28,000 bases of DNA from a virus (lineage: Duplodnaviria > Caudoviricetes). The position numbers and the translations under genes were made by a program. Location of the stretch: positions 1 through 28,000 of IMG/VR virus record IMGVR_UViG_3300049042_000281. One strand, given 5' to 3'. The notes below the pieces were generated by a model. It was not told the origin of the DNA and did no database searches. It was given only the letters and a program-made list of their open reading frames with translations. Positions within the stretch are counted from its first letter, which is position 1, and the number at the start of each line of letters is the position of its first letter. Shown piece by piece: positions 1 to 7,743 of the stretch.

Positions 1-44
1 GGGATGGGTGGGGGACACGCTGTCCCGCCACCCGACACAAAAAC

Positions 45-76
45 AAAAAAAGGGACACGGCGCAGTGCCGTGTCCC
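45..76 (-). terminator. Intrinsic (Rho-independent) terminator after the 87..428 gene
   Basis: Minus strand reads GGGACACGGC-ACTGC-GCCGTGTCCC (perfect 10-bp stem, 52-76) followed by TTTTTTTG, 10 nt after the stop codon at 87. Confidence 0.85.
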
Positions 77-86
77 CTTCGGGCGG

Positions 87-428
87 TCACAGTTCGACCA
101 TGTTGCCGCCAGCGACGGCTTCGCCGTTCACAGCGCGGACTTCGAGCGACGAGATGCGCCCGAACTTCTTGACGGCGACGAGACGGCACTCCGTGCCGCA
201 GGGAGCGGTGAAGGTTCCCGAGAGGTCGACCGTCCCAAGGACGGTCCACGAGACCTCCTTGCCGTCGATCTTCGCGGTCTTCGTCTCGGGTTCGCCGATC
301 AGGATGGTCAGCGTCATCTTGTGCGCGGTCTTCGGCTTGTTCATGCCCTGCTCGGAGAGCAGTTCGTGAGTGCTGATGCCGACCAGAGGGTTCTTGACGA
401 GTGCGGACTTCGGTGCGTTCTTGCTCAT
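87..428 (-). CDS. Hypothetical protein (~113 aa)
   Basis: ORF 87..461 in track. AAGGAG Shine-Dalgarno 6 nt before ATG at 428 (MSKNAPK...), GC3-rich codons, followed by a terminator. Confidence 0.8.
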   Translation of the reverse strand: MSKNAPKSALVKNPLVGISTHELLSEQGMNKPKTAHKMTLTILIGEPETKTAKIDGKEVSWTVLGTVDLSGTFTAPCGTECRLVAVKKFGRISSLEVRAVNGEAVAGGNMVEL

Positions 429-838
429 TGTCATCTCCTTGAAACAGAATGAACCCCACATCGGGGTTCGCCACCCTGACCCTTACGGCAACCTACACCC
501 CCCCTCCCAACCGCCGTAAACCCTTGCAAATCAAGGACTTATGCGACCCATGCCGCGCCGTGACCTGCTTACTTGCGCTCTTTCGTTCGGTGTCCGTTCG
601 GTCTGCACCCCCCCGAAGCCCCCTCGCGGGCGGTCAGATCGGCGGGGGAAAGACCCTTTTTGTCTGGCAATTTTTTGCCAAACCTGACCAACACCTTTTT
701 GGGGGGTGGCAGCCGTAAACCCTTACGGCACCGGCTCCCATCCCCCCACTGACCATACTGTCATACTTTCCCCTACATTCATAGGAGGAAGTATAGAGAG
801 AGATAGTTGTGGCGAAAAGCTGTCAGTCCGTTTACCTG
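429..838. promoter_or_regulatory. Non-coding region rich in inverted and direct repeats (regulatory region, origin or structured RNA candidate)
   Basis: GAACCCC-N5-GGGGTTC (451-469); TAAACCCTTG-N5-CAAGGACTTA (517-541, imperfect); TGGCAA-N4-TTGCCA (665-680); GCCGTAA-N4-TTACGGC (712-729); direct repeats GCCGTAAACCCTT (513, 712) and ACCCTTACGGCA (479, 719). Confidence 0.45.
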
Positions 839-2266
839 TCAGCCGAGATCGTCGTCTTGGTCCTTCTTCAGCGAAAGACCCCCCAACGCCCTCGTACCTT
901 CAGCACCTTTCCTGATCCTGCTGAGATCCCAGCTACTTTCCGCCACAATTTTCATGAGCAGTTGGTTGTCAGCCACGTGCAACCTGACGTTATTGACCCT
1001 GCACCAGTCCTTCCACTCCCGCCTCACGAGCTCGTTTGCCACCGCTCCCTCCCGATTCCGGACGAACCGAGCCTCGAGGAAGTAATCGAACGGGTTGTTC
1101 GCCAGGTGATAGTCCCTCACCACGGTCTTCCCGGAATCAGTGGGGGTGAACTTCTCTCCGTCCGGAGCCCCCTCCAACCGGATCGCCCCCCTCAACGCCC
1201 ATACCGCGATCCCTGCCAGCTCACCCTTCAGCACGTCCATCAGGTTGTGCTGCTCCTTGCCCTCGAAGCTCTTCTCGAACGGCAGCACCAGCATCTTCCC
1301 GCTCAGCCCCCGGCCCTTGTTCGGCAGCTGTGGAATCTCATTGGACTGGACCCACGGCGCCGCCTGCACCACGACGTTCCGCATCTGCCGCTTGTACTTC
1401 GCATTGATGCTGATCGGATCCCGACCCAGCACGTTCTTCAAGACCCGCACCGCGACCTCGCCCTCCCGGGAATCGAGTTCGCTGACCTCCGAGATGCACA
1501 GCACCCGCGCGAACTCCAGCCCATCCAACCCAAAGTTCCCCGCAATCTCATCCAAACTACTGCCCACGAACCCAGTGCCCCCCACGAGCCACCGCATCAC
1601 GGTCCCGATCGTTCCCTTGCCGGCCCGGATCTTCCCGTGGAACAGCATCCACTTCGCATAGCGCCGGTGGCTCATCATCGAGTAGCCCATCCACCGCTGC
1701 AACAACTCAACCCACGCCGGATCCCCACCGCTCCACTCCTTCAAGCACTGCTCCCACCTCGGGCACTGAGCCGTCATGTCCAGATCCACGTCCACGACGC
1801 ACGGATCGAACCACTCGGGCCCGCGCGGAACGCACACGATCCCTCCAGTCTCCGCGCTCAGCTTCACATCGACGATCACGTCCCGGAACGCCACCGCGCA
1901 GTGCGGGTCGCTCAACCTGTCCCTGTAGTCCGGGCACAGCCACTGCGGCACTTCAGCACCAGCCACCCGTGACAACGCCTCGATGGCCCGCACGATCCCG
2001 GACACCTTGAACTCCGTGGGCCCGTACCTCTCGACCACGAGCCCGTTCGGGTCGTCGCTGACGTGCAGATCCTCGGTCCACCTCCACACCGCATCCTCAA
2101 GCCACTGCCGGTCCCGCTGCACCCACTTGCCGCCGTACCACTCGAAGATCCGTCCCTGGACCTCCTTCAAACCCATCCCATCCTCGAAGCAGACCTTCAG
2201 CATCGCCCGGGCCACCTTCATTGGCTCGGTTGTCCTCAAAGGGTTTTGTTGTGTACCCAGTGTCAT
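839..2266 (-). CDS. D5/P4-family SF3 helicase (phage primase-helicase C-terminal type, no primase domain)
   Basis: D5_N-like segment (VAFRDVIVD, CPRWEQCLKEW, LLQRWMGYS), Walker A GKIRAGKGT, Walker B LCISEV, motif C WVQSNEIP, and GRDPISINAKYK. AAAGGA SD before ATG 2266. Confidence 0.9.
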   Translation of the reverse strand: MTLGTQQNPLRTTEPMKVARAMLKVCFEDGMGLKEVQGRIFEWYGGKWVQRDRQWLEDAVWRWTEDLHVSDDPNGLVVERYGPTEFKVSGIVRAIEALSRVAGAEVPQWLCPDYRDRLSDPHCAVAFRDVIVDVKLSAETGGIVCVPRGPEWFDPCVVDVDLDMTAQCPRWEQCLKEWSGGDPAWVELLQRWMGYSMMSHRRYAKWMLFHGKIRAGKGTIGTVMRWLVGGTGFVGSSLDEIAGNFGLDGLEFARVLCISEVSELDSREGEVAVRVLKNVLGRDPISINAKYKRQMRNVVVQAAPWVQSNEIPQLPNKGRGLSGKMLVLPFEKSFEGKEQHNLMDVLKGELAGIAVWALRGAIRLEGAPDGEKFTPTDSGKTVVRDYHLANNPFDYFLEARFVRNREGAVANELVRREWKDWCRVNNVRLHVADNQLLMKIVAESSWDLSRIRKGAEGTRALGGLSLKKDQDDDLG

Positions 2267-2293
2267 CTGATTATCCTTTCAGTAGGAGCTCTC

Positions 2294-3637
2294 ATGTCTC
2301 AATACCCACGCGGCTTCAATCCACTCGACCCGGCCGGCCGGCGCCTCAACCGTACCCTCGGCACGGACCTCCGTGACCCGACCTCGTTCCTCGAGCAGCT
2401 TGCTGCCCGCAAGGCCGTTCCAACCACGCCAGTCGCAGCGAAAAAGCCAAAGCAGACCACGCCGGAACAACCGGCAAAGTCTGCTACTTCCACGATGACT
2501 ACTGGTCAGGATCCCCGCTCCGGCGGCCCTGCTCCGACTCCGCGACCTGCTGCTCCTGCTGCTCCGTCTGATTCGATGACTGCTGCTCGTGCTACGTATG
2601 AGTCTGAACTTGCGGCGTTTGCCGAGCGCGAACGCATGGGCTCCCCTGTGGACCCCCTCACCCGCAAGCGGGCCCTTCAGCGCTACGAGAACAATCTCGG
2701 CCGCATCAAGGCGATTCAAGCCCAGGAGGACCGAAAATACCGCTTCAAGGAGGAAACCCTCGCAAAGAACGCCAAGCGGGAAGCCGCCAACGCGAAGGCC
2801 AACCAGATGGCTGGCGAAGCCCTCGCATCGTCGACCGCCCGGCTCGAGCAGTCTATGCAAACTGCCCAGCCTGTCAAGAGCATCGACGAACTAAATGCGG
2901 AGTACACCCGCAAGCTCGGCCAGGACTACGCCGCCCAGCAGGCCCAAGACGCTGCCGCAGCCTCGAAGGTCAACGCCGCCGGCCAGGACCTCACCGCCAG
3001 GATCAGTGGGGGTGCAGACTGGCTGACCAAGGCCATCGACCGCTCCGTCTCCACGCTGCAGGAAGCAGCCCGCAAGACCCCCACTGGCCAGGTGTCCGAG
3101 CTCGTTGGTCCCCCCACGAGCCTGATGTACACGCCGGACCAGCAGCGCATCATGAACGCGCTCTCGCAGGTCGGCCAGTTCGAGCGAGACCTCCGTCGAA
3201 CCCCTGGCACCATCAACTATTCCCGTGAAGACTTCGGTCCTGGGTACCTCCTCGACAAGGCCGAAGCCGAACAGGCGGCCGTCGACAAGGCTGCCCGTGA
3301 CACCTTTACCCGCCTGTCGCAGCGTCCTCCGCTCGCAACGCCTTCCGTCCCTGAAGTGCCGGACAACAACCTTACCGATACCCAGATCGAACAGTTCTCC
3401 GCTGGCTACGCTCCAGGCCGTCCCATGACGGACACCGAGATGGAGCGAACTCCCGGGATCCCCATTCGTCGTCAGTTCACGGATACCCAGATGGAGCAAA
3501 GCCCGACACTGCCGAAGAGCAAGCGGCAGAAGCTTGCCGAAGATGTTCGTACCGCCAACGAATACGGCATCTCGGTTGATGACTTGCGTGGACTGCAAGA
3601 CATGCGTGACGCGATCCTTTGGAACTTGAGCCAGTGA
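2294..3637 (+). CDS. Hypothetical Ala/Gln/Pro-rich protein (~447 aa), possibly virion-internal
   Basis: AGGAG SD at 2284-2288 supports ATG 2294 within track ORF 2063..3637. Helical/low-complexity composition and three TDTx(I/M)E repeats near the C-terminus. Confidence 0.75.
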   Translation: MSQYPRGFNPLDPAGRRLNRTLGTDLRDPTSFLEQLAARKAVPTTPVAAKKPKQTTPEQPAKSATSTMTTGQDPRSGGPAPTPRPAAPAAPSDSMTAARATYESELAAFAERERMGSPVDPLTRKRALQRYENNLGRIKAIQAQEDRKYRFKEETLAKNAKREAANAKANQMAGEALASSTARLEQSMQTAQPVKSIDELNAEYTRKLGQDYAAQQAQDAAAASKVNAAGQDLTARISGGADWLTKAIDRSVSTLQEAARKTPTGQVSELVGPPTSLMYTPDQQRIMNALSQVGQFERDLRRTPGTINYSREDFGPGYLLDKAEAEQAAVDKAARDTFTRLSQRPPLATPSVPEVPDNNLTDTQIEQFSAGYAPGRPMTDTEMERTPGIPIRRQFTDTQMEQSPTLPKSKRQKLAEDVRTANEYGISVDDLRGLQDMRDAILWNLSQ

Positions 3638-4077
3638 GCAAGAAGAAGCGAGGCATGTCCTTCAGCCTGGGCGGCGGGCTCCGCTGGGTCCACGAGTCGC
3701 GGTTCTGCGACGAGCTCCAGCTCAGCCCGAAGGCGTTCCGCCGGCTGTGCCGGCAGCTCGGTGTCCCGATGCTGCACATCCACGAGGACTGGCTCGTCAA
3801 CCTGCACATGTTCCGCATCGGGCTCTGGGCCGCCTGCCGCTTCGGCCAGCCCGACTTCCTCGTGCCCGGCTGCGAGCAGATCTCGAAGGGCCGCAAGCCC
3901 TCCCGTCACCAGGCAACTTCCGTGTCCCGCGAGTACATCGAGCAGAATCTCCCGATGCTTATCGAGGAGATCAACAAGGCCCGCGTCATGGACGGCGTCG
4001 AGCTCGAGCAGCGCACCATCGACGAGTCCCGTGACGCCGCCCGCCGTATGCTGAACCTCCTCAACCCCAGGACCTGA
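3634..4077 (+). CDS. Putative winged-helix DNA-binding protein (Xis/MerR/Nu1-like)
   Basis: GTG start overlaps the upstream TGA (GTGA). ESRFCDELQLSPKAFRRLCRQLGVPMLHIHEDWLVN fits a helix-turn-helix plus beta-wing pattern. Confidence 0.55.
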   Translation: MSKKKRGMSFSLGGGLRWVHESRFCDELQLSPKAFRRLCRQLGVPMLHIHEDWLVNLHMFRIGLWAACRFGQPDFLVPGCEQISKGRKPSRHQATSVSREYIEQNLPMLIEEINKARVMDGVELEQRTIDESRDAARRMLNLLNPRT

Positions 4078-4080
4078 CCC

Positions 4081-4434
4081 ATGGCCAAGTTCGCCGTCAT
4101 CGCCCGACAATCCCTGATCGACCTGCTTCGCGCCGTTAAGAAGGGTTCTCTTAGAACTGTGGACGAAGGCAGATACGCAGGAGAAGGGGCCTTAGAGCAG
4201 TATTCCAAGTGGAAGAAGAATGTGCCTGGTAGGACCGAAGCCATGAAGGCCTATCGGTCCAAGACCGGTTCATCCCTATCCCCCGACAAGGTGTTGATTC
4301 CTCGCGGACTGCTAAACGATCTTCGAGGAGCCCGGTCCTGGAAGCAAGGGGACGAGATGCCCTTCAAGACGGAAAGGGAGAAAGTACGTCTTTCCAAAAC
4401 GAGAATGAACTCAACAAGGGATCAAGAGGTCTGA
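4081..4434 (+). CDS. Hypothetical basic protein (117 aa)
   Basis: ORF tightly packed between neighbours, K/R-rich, visibly more A/T-rich codons than flanking genes. Confidence 0.65.
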   Translation: MAKFAVIARQSLIDLLRAVKKGSLRTVDEGRYAGEGALEQYSKWKKNVPGRTEAMKAYRSKTGSSLSPDKVLIPRGLLNDLRGARSWKQGDEMPFKTEREKVRLSKTRMNSTRDQEV

Positions 4435-4435
4435 C

Positions 4436-4570
4436 ATGCCGTTCAAGTCGAAGGCCCAGCAAGGCTACATGTTCGCGAAGATGCCGAAGACCGCCAAGCG
4501 ATGGGCAAAGGAAACCCCCAACATCAAGGCGCTTCCAAAGCGCGCCGCCAAGAAAGGCACCAAGCGATGA
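4436..4570 (+). CDS. Small basic phage protein MPFKSKAQQGYMFAKMPKTAKRWAKETPNIKALPKRAAKKGTKR (44 aa)
   Basis: Not in the ORF track (<60 aa); translated by hand. GAGGT SD at 4426-4430, fills the gap exactly, ATGA-coupled to the next gene. The MPFKSKAQ...W start is a recurrent pattern in small uncharacterised phage proteins. Confidence 0.8.
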   Translation: MPFKSKAQQGYMFAKMPKTAKRWAKETPNIKALPKRAAKKGTKR

Positions 4571-4737
4571 TGGTCCCCATCTCCGAACAGGTCTTCGTGC
4601 CGGTGAACCGCATCAAGCGGATCTCCTTCTTTGCCGACTACGCCCTCATCAAGTACGAGGACCACTCGGAGGAGAAGATCGAGGGCGAGGACGCTACCCG
4701 TCTCCGCGACTTCCTCCTTACCCGCTGGGGCCTCTGA
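4567..4737 (+). CDS. Hypothetical protein (~56 aa, MMVPISEQ...)
   Basis: ATGA overlap with the upstream stop and TGATG overlap with the downstream start; part of track ORF 4501..4737. Confidence 0.7.
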   Translation: MMVPISEQVFVPVNRIKRISFFADYALIKYEDHSEEKIEGEDATRLRDFLLTRWGL

Positions 4738-4991
4738 TGGCCGCGAAGAAGAAGCGCTTCAACTTCAAGGCGGTTCACAAGAACCCCGAGGGCGGCCTCA
4801 GCGAAGCCGGCCGTTCGGCCTACAACCGCGCGACCGGCGGCAACCTCAAGGCTCCGCAGCCCGAAGGTGGCCCCCGCCGCAACAGCTTCTGCGCCCGCAT
4901 GCGCGGCATGAAGAAGAAGCTCACCTCCTCGAAGACCGCTGCCGATCCGAACTCCCGCATCAACAAGAGCCTCCGGGCATGGAACTGCTGA
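4737..4991 (+). CDS. Conserved small phage protein, DUF6321-like
   Basis: KNPEGGLSEAGR...RRNSFCARM...DPNSRINKSLRAWNC matches my recollection of this family's signature (SFCARM, terminal WxC). Confidence 0.7.
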   Translation: MAAKKKRFNFKAVHKNPEGGLSEAGRSAYNRATGGNLKAPQPEGGPRRNSFCARMRGMKKKLTSSKTAADPNSRINKSLRAWNC

Positions 4992-4992
4992 C

Positions 4993-5196
4993 ATGGCCAA
5001 GCTGCCCCCACTGAATGGAAAGCCGAAGAAGCCCTCCAAGTACGCGCCCAAGAAGTGCCCCGAGTGCGGCGAGGAGCTGGACGAGGAAGGCGAGTGCGAG
5101 GAGTGCGGCTACGGCTGCGAGGAGTGCGAGGCCGAGAAGGAAGCCGAGAAGCAGATGGAAATCAAGCTCTCCATCTTGCTGCCCGGCGGCGACTGA
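4993..5196 (+). CDS. Small acidic CxxC zinc-ribbon-like protein (67 aa)
   Basis: CPECG...ECEECG.GCEEC (three CxxC pairs) with a basic N-terminus and a Glu-rich core. Confidence 0.7.
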   Translation: MAKLPPLNGKPKKPSKYAPKKCPECGEELDEEGECEECGYGCEECEAEKEAEKQMEIKLSILLPGGD

Positions 5197-5250
5197 GTAC
5201 ACTGTTCACAAACTGACCGGCTCGTCGCTGGTTCTCACAAGGAAGAAGTC

Positions 5251-5382
5251 ATGAAGAGCAAGAAGAAGACCGCCACCCGCATGCCTCCCAAGAAGGCCGC
5301 CAAGAAGTTCATTCCCAAGACCCGTGCCCGCGTTGGCTTCGGTGGCGGCGGCAAGACCGCCAGCCCGACCAACCCCTATTGA
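5251..5382 (+). CDS. Small Lys-rich protein MKSKKKTATRMPPKKAAKKFIPKTRARVGFGGGGKTASPTNPY (43 aa)
   Basis: Not in the ORF track; translated by hand. AAGGA upstream, typical codon usage, and its stop overlaps the GAGGTG SD of the next gene. Confidence 0.7.
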   Translation: MKSKKKTATRMPPKKAAKKFIPKTRARVGFGGGGKTASPTNPY

Positions 5383-5390
5383 GGTGAACC

Positions 5391-6842
5391 ATGCTCTTTG
5401 ACCCCAGGATTCTCGAGCAAGCCACCCGCGTTGGCTTGGGGACGATCGGGGAGACTGGTGCGGTCGAGGGCACTCAGTTTGGCCGGGGTATAAGGCGCAG
5501 GGAAATCGGACTCGATCCGATGCCCCGCATCTACTACCCCGGCCAAGCTGAACTACTGCAGGACATCGGAAAGGTTCGCGCGACCCAGGATCCAAAGCTG
5601 CTGCAAGGCGCGATCCAGGGCGTTCTTGATGCTCCGTTCGAGGAGACCTTCGGGTTCACCCGTACGCCGCTCGGTGCAACCGTCGAACCGTTCTTCAAGG
5701 TCAAGGTCTCTCCGGACCTTCCGTTCTCGCAGTCCTCCATCTTCCCGATCCTCAACGATCCTAAGGAGACGGAGGACATGTACAAGCGGTTCATCTCGTA
5801 CGCCGAGAGCAAGAAGTACAGCGCGACCGCGAAGGAGATCCAGAAGGGCTATCTCGATCTTCGCCGCTTCAACAAGGACATGTCCGTGCTGATGGAGCTC
5901 GGACTTGCCCGTGGAGCCCAGCCCTACGGTCCCACGTTCGCCAGCGCATTCAAGCATTCCCTTCTTCTATATTCTGCCGCCATTCCGCCGGGATCGGCGA
6001 CCCTTGGCTACATGATCAAGGACCCCCGGCTGCAGACGACGGTCGGCGAACCAAAGCCAAGGCCGTACCGTGGGCCGCGTGGGGAGGGTGTGCTTGCGCG
6101 GGACACCCAGCTGATGAAGCGGTTTGCGGAACTCGGCATCCTGAAGGCGAAGGGTCGCCAGGCCGGTGGTCCGCTGACGGCCGATGCCATCCGGATGTTC
6201 CAGACCGTGCTTGGTCCGTCCGTCGGTCTGCGGATGGGCCGTGGGCTCAACGAGGTCCCGCTGACGCCGACCGTGCCCGGCGAGAACCCGATGATCGACC
6301 GCGCCCGTGCGGCCGCCACCAAGGACATCCGTGCCCAGTCGAGCGCTGAACTCCGTGGCCTCGTGACCCCCGAGGTCGCGCAGCTGGATCCGCAGGCCAA
6401 GTACGACCGCGTGGTCACAGTGCTGAAGTCGCGGCTGAGCCCGTCCGAGTTCAACAACGTCATGATCGACGCCGCCGGCGGACGCCCGCTCTCGGAGGCC
6501 ACCCAGGTCCTCAACAACCTCGACCCCGAGACCCGCACCAGGGCGCTCATGCGATCAGTGGGGGCTGCAAAGGGACAGGACGCCGTGGTCCAGACCCTTG
6601 AGGAAGCGGCAAGCACTTCGGCTGCCCGCGCCAAGCAGAAGGTGAAGCCGACGCAGACCCGCCTGACGACGCAGTCGCTCGAGGCCGGTGTGCTCACGCG
6701 CGAGGAAGCCGTCAAGCAGGGCAACAAGATCGCCCGCCAGATGAAGCCTATCGTGGGGGCCATGAAGAACCCGGCGCTGGTGTTCACGCTGGCTGCGATC
6801 CTGTCGGCAGGCATGATGTCGGCGATGGAGGAGGGCGCATGA
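5391..6842 (+). CDS. Hypothetical protein (483 aa) with C-terminal hydrophobic segment
   Basis: GAGGTG SD, long ORF, C-terminal PALVFTLAAILSAGMMSAM could be a membrane anchor. Confidence 0.8.
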   Translation: MLFDPRILEQATRVGLGTIGETGAVEGTQFGRGIRRREIGLDPMPRIYYPGQAELLQDIGKVRATQDPKLLQGAIQGVLDAPFEETFGFTRTPLGATVEPFFKVKVSPDLPFSQSSIFPILNDPKETEDMYKRFISYAESKKYSATAKEIQKGYLDLRRFNKDMSVLMELGLARGAQPYGPTFASAFKHSLLLYSAAIPPGSATLGYMIKDPRLQTTVGEPKPRPYRGPRGEGVLARDTQLMKRFAELGILKAKGRQAGGPLTADAIRMFQTVLGPSVGLRMGRGLNEVPLTPTVPGENPMIDRARAAATKDIRAQSSAELRGLVTPEVAQLDPQAKYDRVVTVLKSRLSPSEFNNVMIDAAGGRPLSEATQVLNNLDPETRTRALMRSVGAAKGQDAVVQTLEEAASTSAARAKQKVKPTQTRLTTQSLEAGVLTREEAVKQGNKIARQMKPIVGAMKNPALVFTLAAILSAGMMSAMEEGA

Positions 6843-7255
6843 AGGAGAAGAAGCCCGTGATCGAGAACGGCGAGGACGTGATCCGGTCGATGTTCTCGAT
6901 CGACGGGGTGGCCGCCGCGATCCAGCGCTCGGGCTTCGATGTCGAGGAGGAGGTCTCCATGTACATCGACATCGCCCGCAACTCGCTCGAGGACAACACA
7001 CGGCTTGCCGCCCTTCAAAGATTGAACAGGCGTGTACGAGAAGTTGCTGAAGTGAACGGCATGATCTCGACCGGATCTGTTAGAATGGTGTCCCATGAAG
7101 AAGACGGAACCCTCATCGAGCAGACCCGATCAGAATCCCGGCTCCTCTCCCAGGTCCGAGGCTTCAACCTCCCTGCAAAGTCCCGTATTGCCGACCGGGT
7201 CCTACCACCCGCTTCCGATCAAGATGCTCGAAAGGCGCCTGACGGAACTTCGTGA
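6839..7255 (+). CDS. Hypothetical protein, possible small terminase subunit
   Basis: ATGA-coupled, 138 aa, helical DNTRLAALQRLNRR segment, lies ~0.8 kb upstream of the large terminase. Function is positional inference only. Confidence 0.5.
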   Translation: MKEKKPVIENGEDVIRSMFSIDGVAAAIQRSGFDVEEEVSMYIDIARNSLEDNTRLAALQRLNRRVREVAEVNGMISTGSVRMVSHEEDGTLIEQTRSESRLLSQVRGFNLPAKSRIADRVLPPASDQDARKAPDGTS

Positions 7256-7538
7256 CGAGGACTTCGCCCGCTGGGGCGCGTACACCCTGGAGGACCTCGG
7301 CATCATCGAGGTCGACAGGGTCATCGGCAGTGCCGCCGGTTTCGGACGCAAGATCCGCGAGAGGATCTGCATCGCCGATGGCTCCGAGCTGAAGACGAGG
7401 TGGCGCAAGATCGCCACCCGCATCCTGTTCGATTCGCCGGGCACCAACAACCCATCGGCGCTGATGGCGACCATCTGCATGATCGCGGCCAACGAGGTCT
7501 ACGTCGAAGGAATCCTCGATGCCAAGGAAGCCCAGTAG
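7224..7538 (+). CDS. Hypothetical protein (~104 aa, MLERRLTEL...)
   Basis: C-terminal part of track ORF 7095..7538 with typical codon bias; the start codon is uncertain. Confidence 0.65.
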   Translation: MLERRLTELRDEDFARWGAYTLEDLGIIEVDRVIGSAAGFGRKIRERICIADGSELKTRWRKIATRILFDSPGTNNPSALMATICMIAANEVYVEGILDAKEAQ

Positions 7539-7743
7539 AACAGTGCGCGTGGACGAGCAGACGCACCGGGACCTCCAGTACCTCTCGGCCCGCTACTCGC
7601 TGACGACCGATCGGTACCACAGCCTGGCCGACATGGTCCGCATCGGACTGACCCTGGCGACGATCGAGCTTGAAAGGAGGGAACATGCCCGTGAAAGACA
7701 TCGAACATCGACTGGCGGAGATGAGGGAGTTCTATCCGTCTGA
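7519..7743 (+). CDS. Putative ribbon-helix-helix (Arc/CopG/MetJ-like) DNA-binding protein
   Basis: SRTVRVDEQTHRDLQYLSARY...SLADMVRIGL gives an alternating beta strand, helix A, then S-x-x-D-x-V-R helix B. Confidence 0.65.
   Translation: MPRKPSRTVRVDEQTHRDLQYLSARYSLTTDRYHSLADMVRIGLTLATIELERREHARERHRTSTGGDEGVLSV

Noticed and set aside
1568-6760. Variant TCGTGGGGG (reverse copies near 1569 and 3111, forward near 6751) as additional motif copies
   Set aside because: Only three instances with two mismatches to the core; not distinguishable from chance, so excluded from the count.
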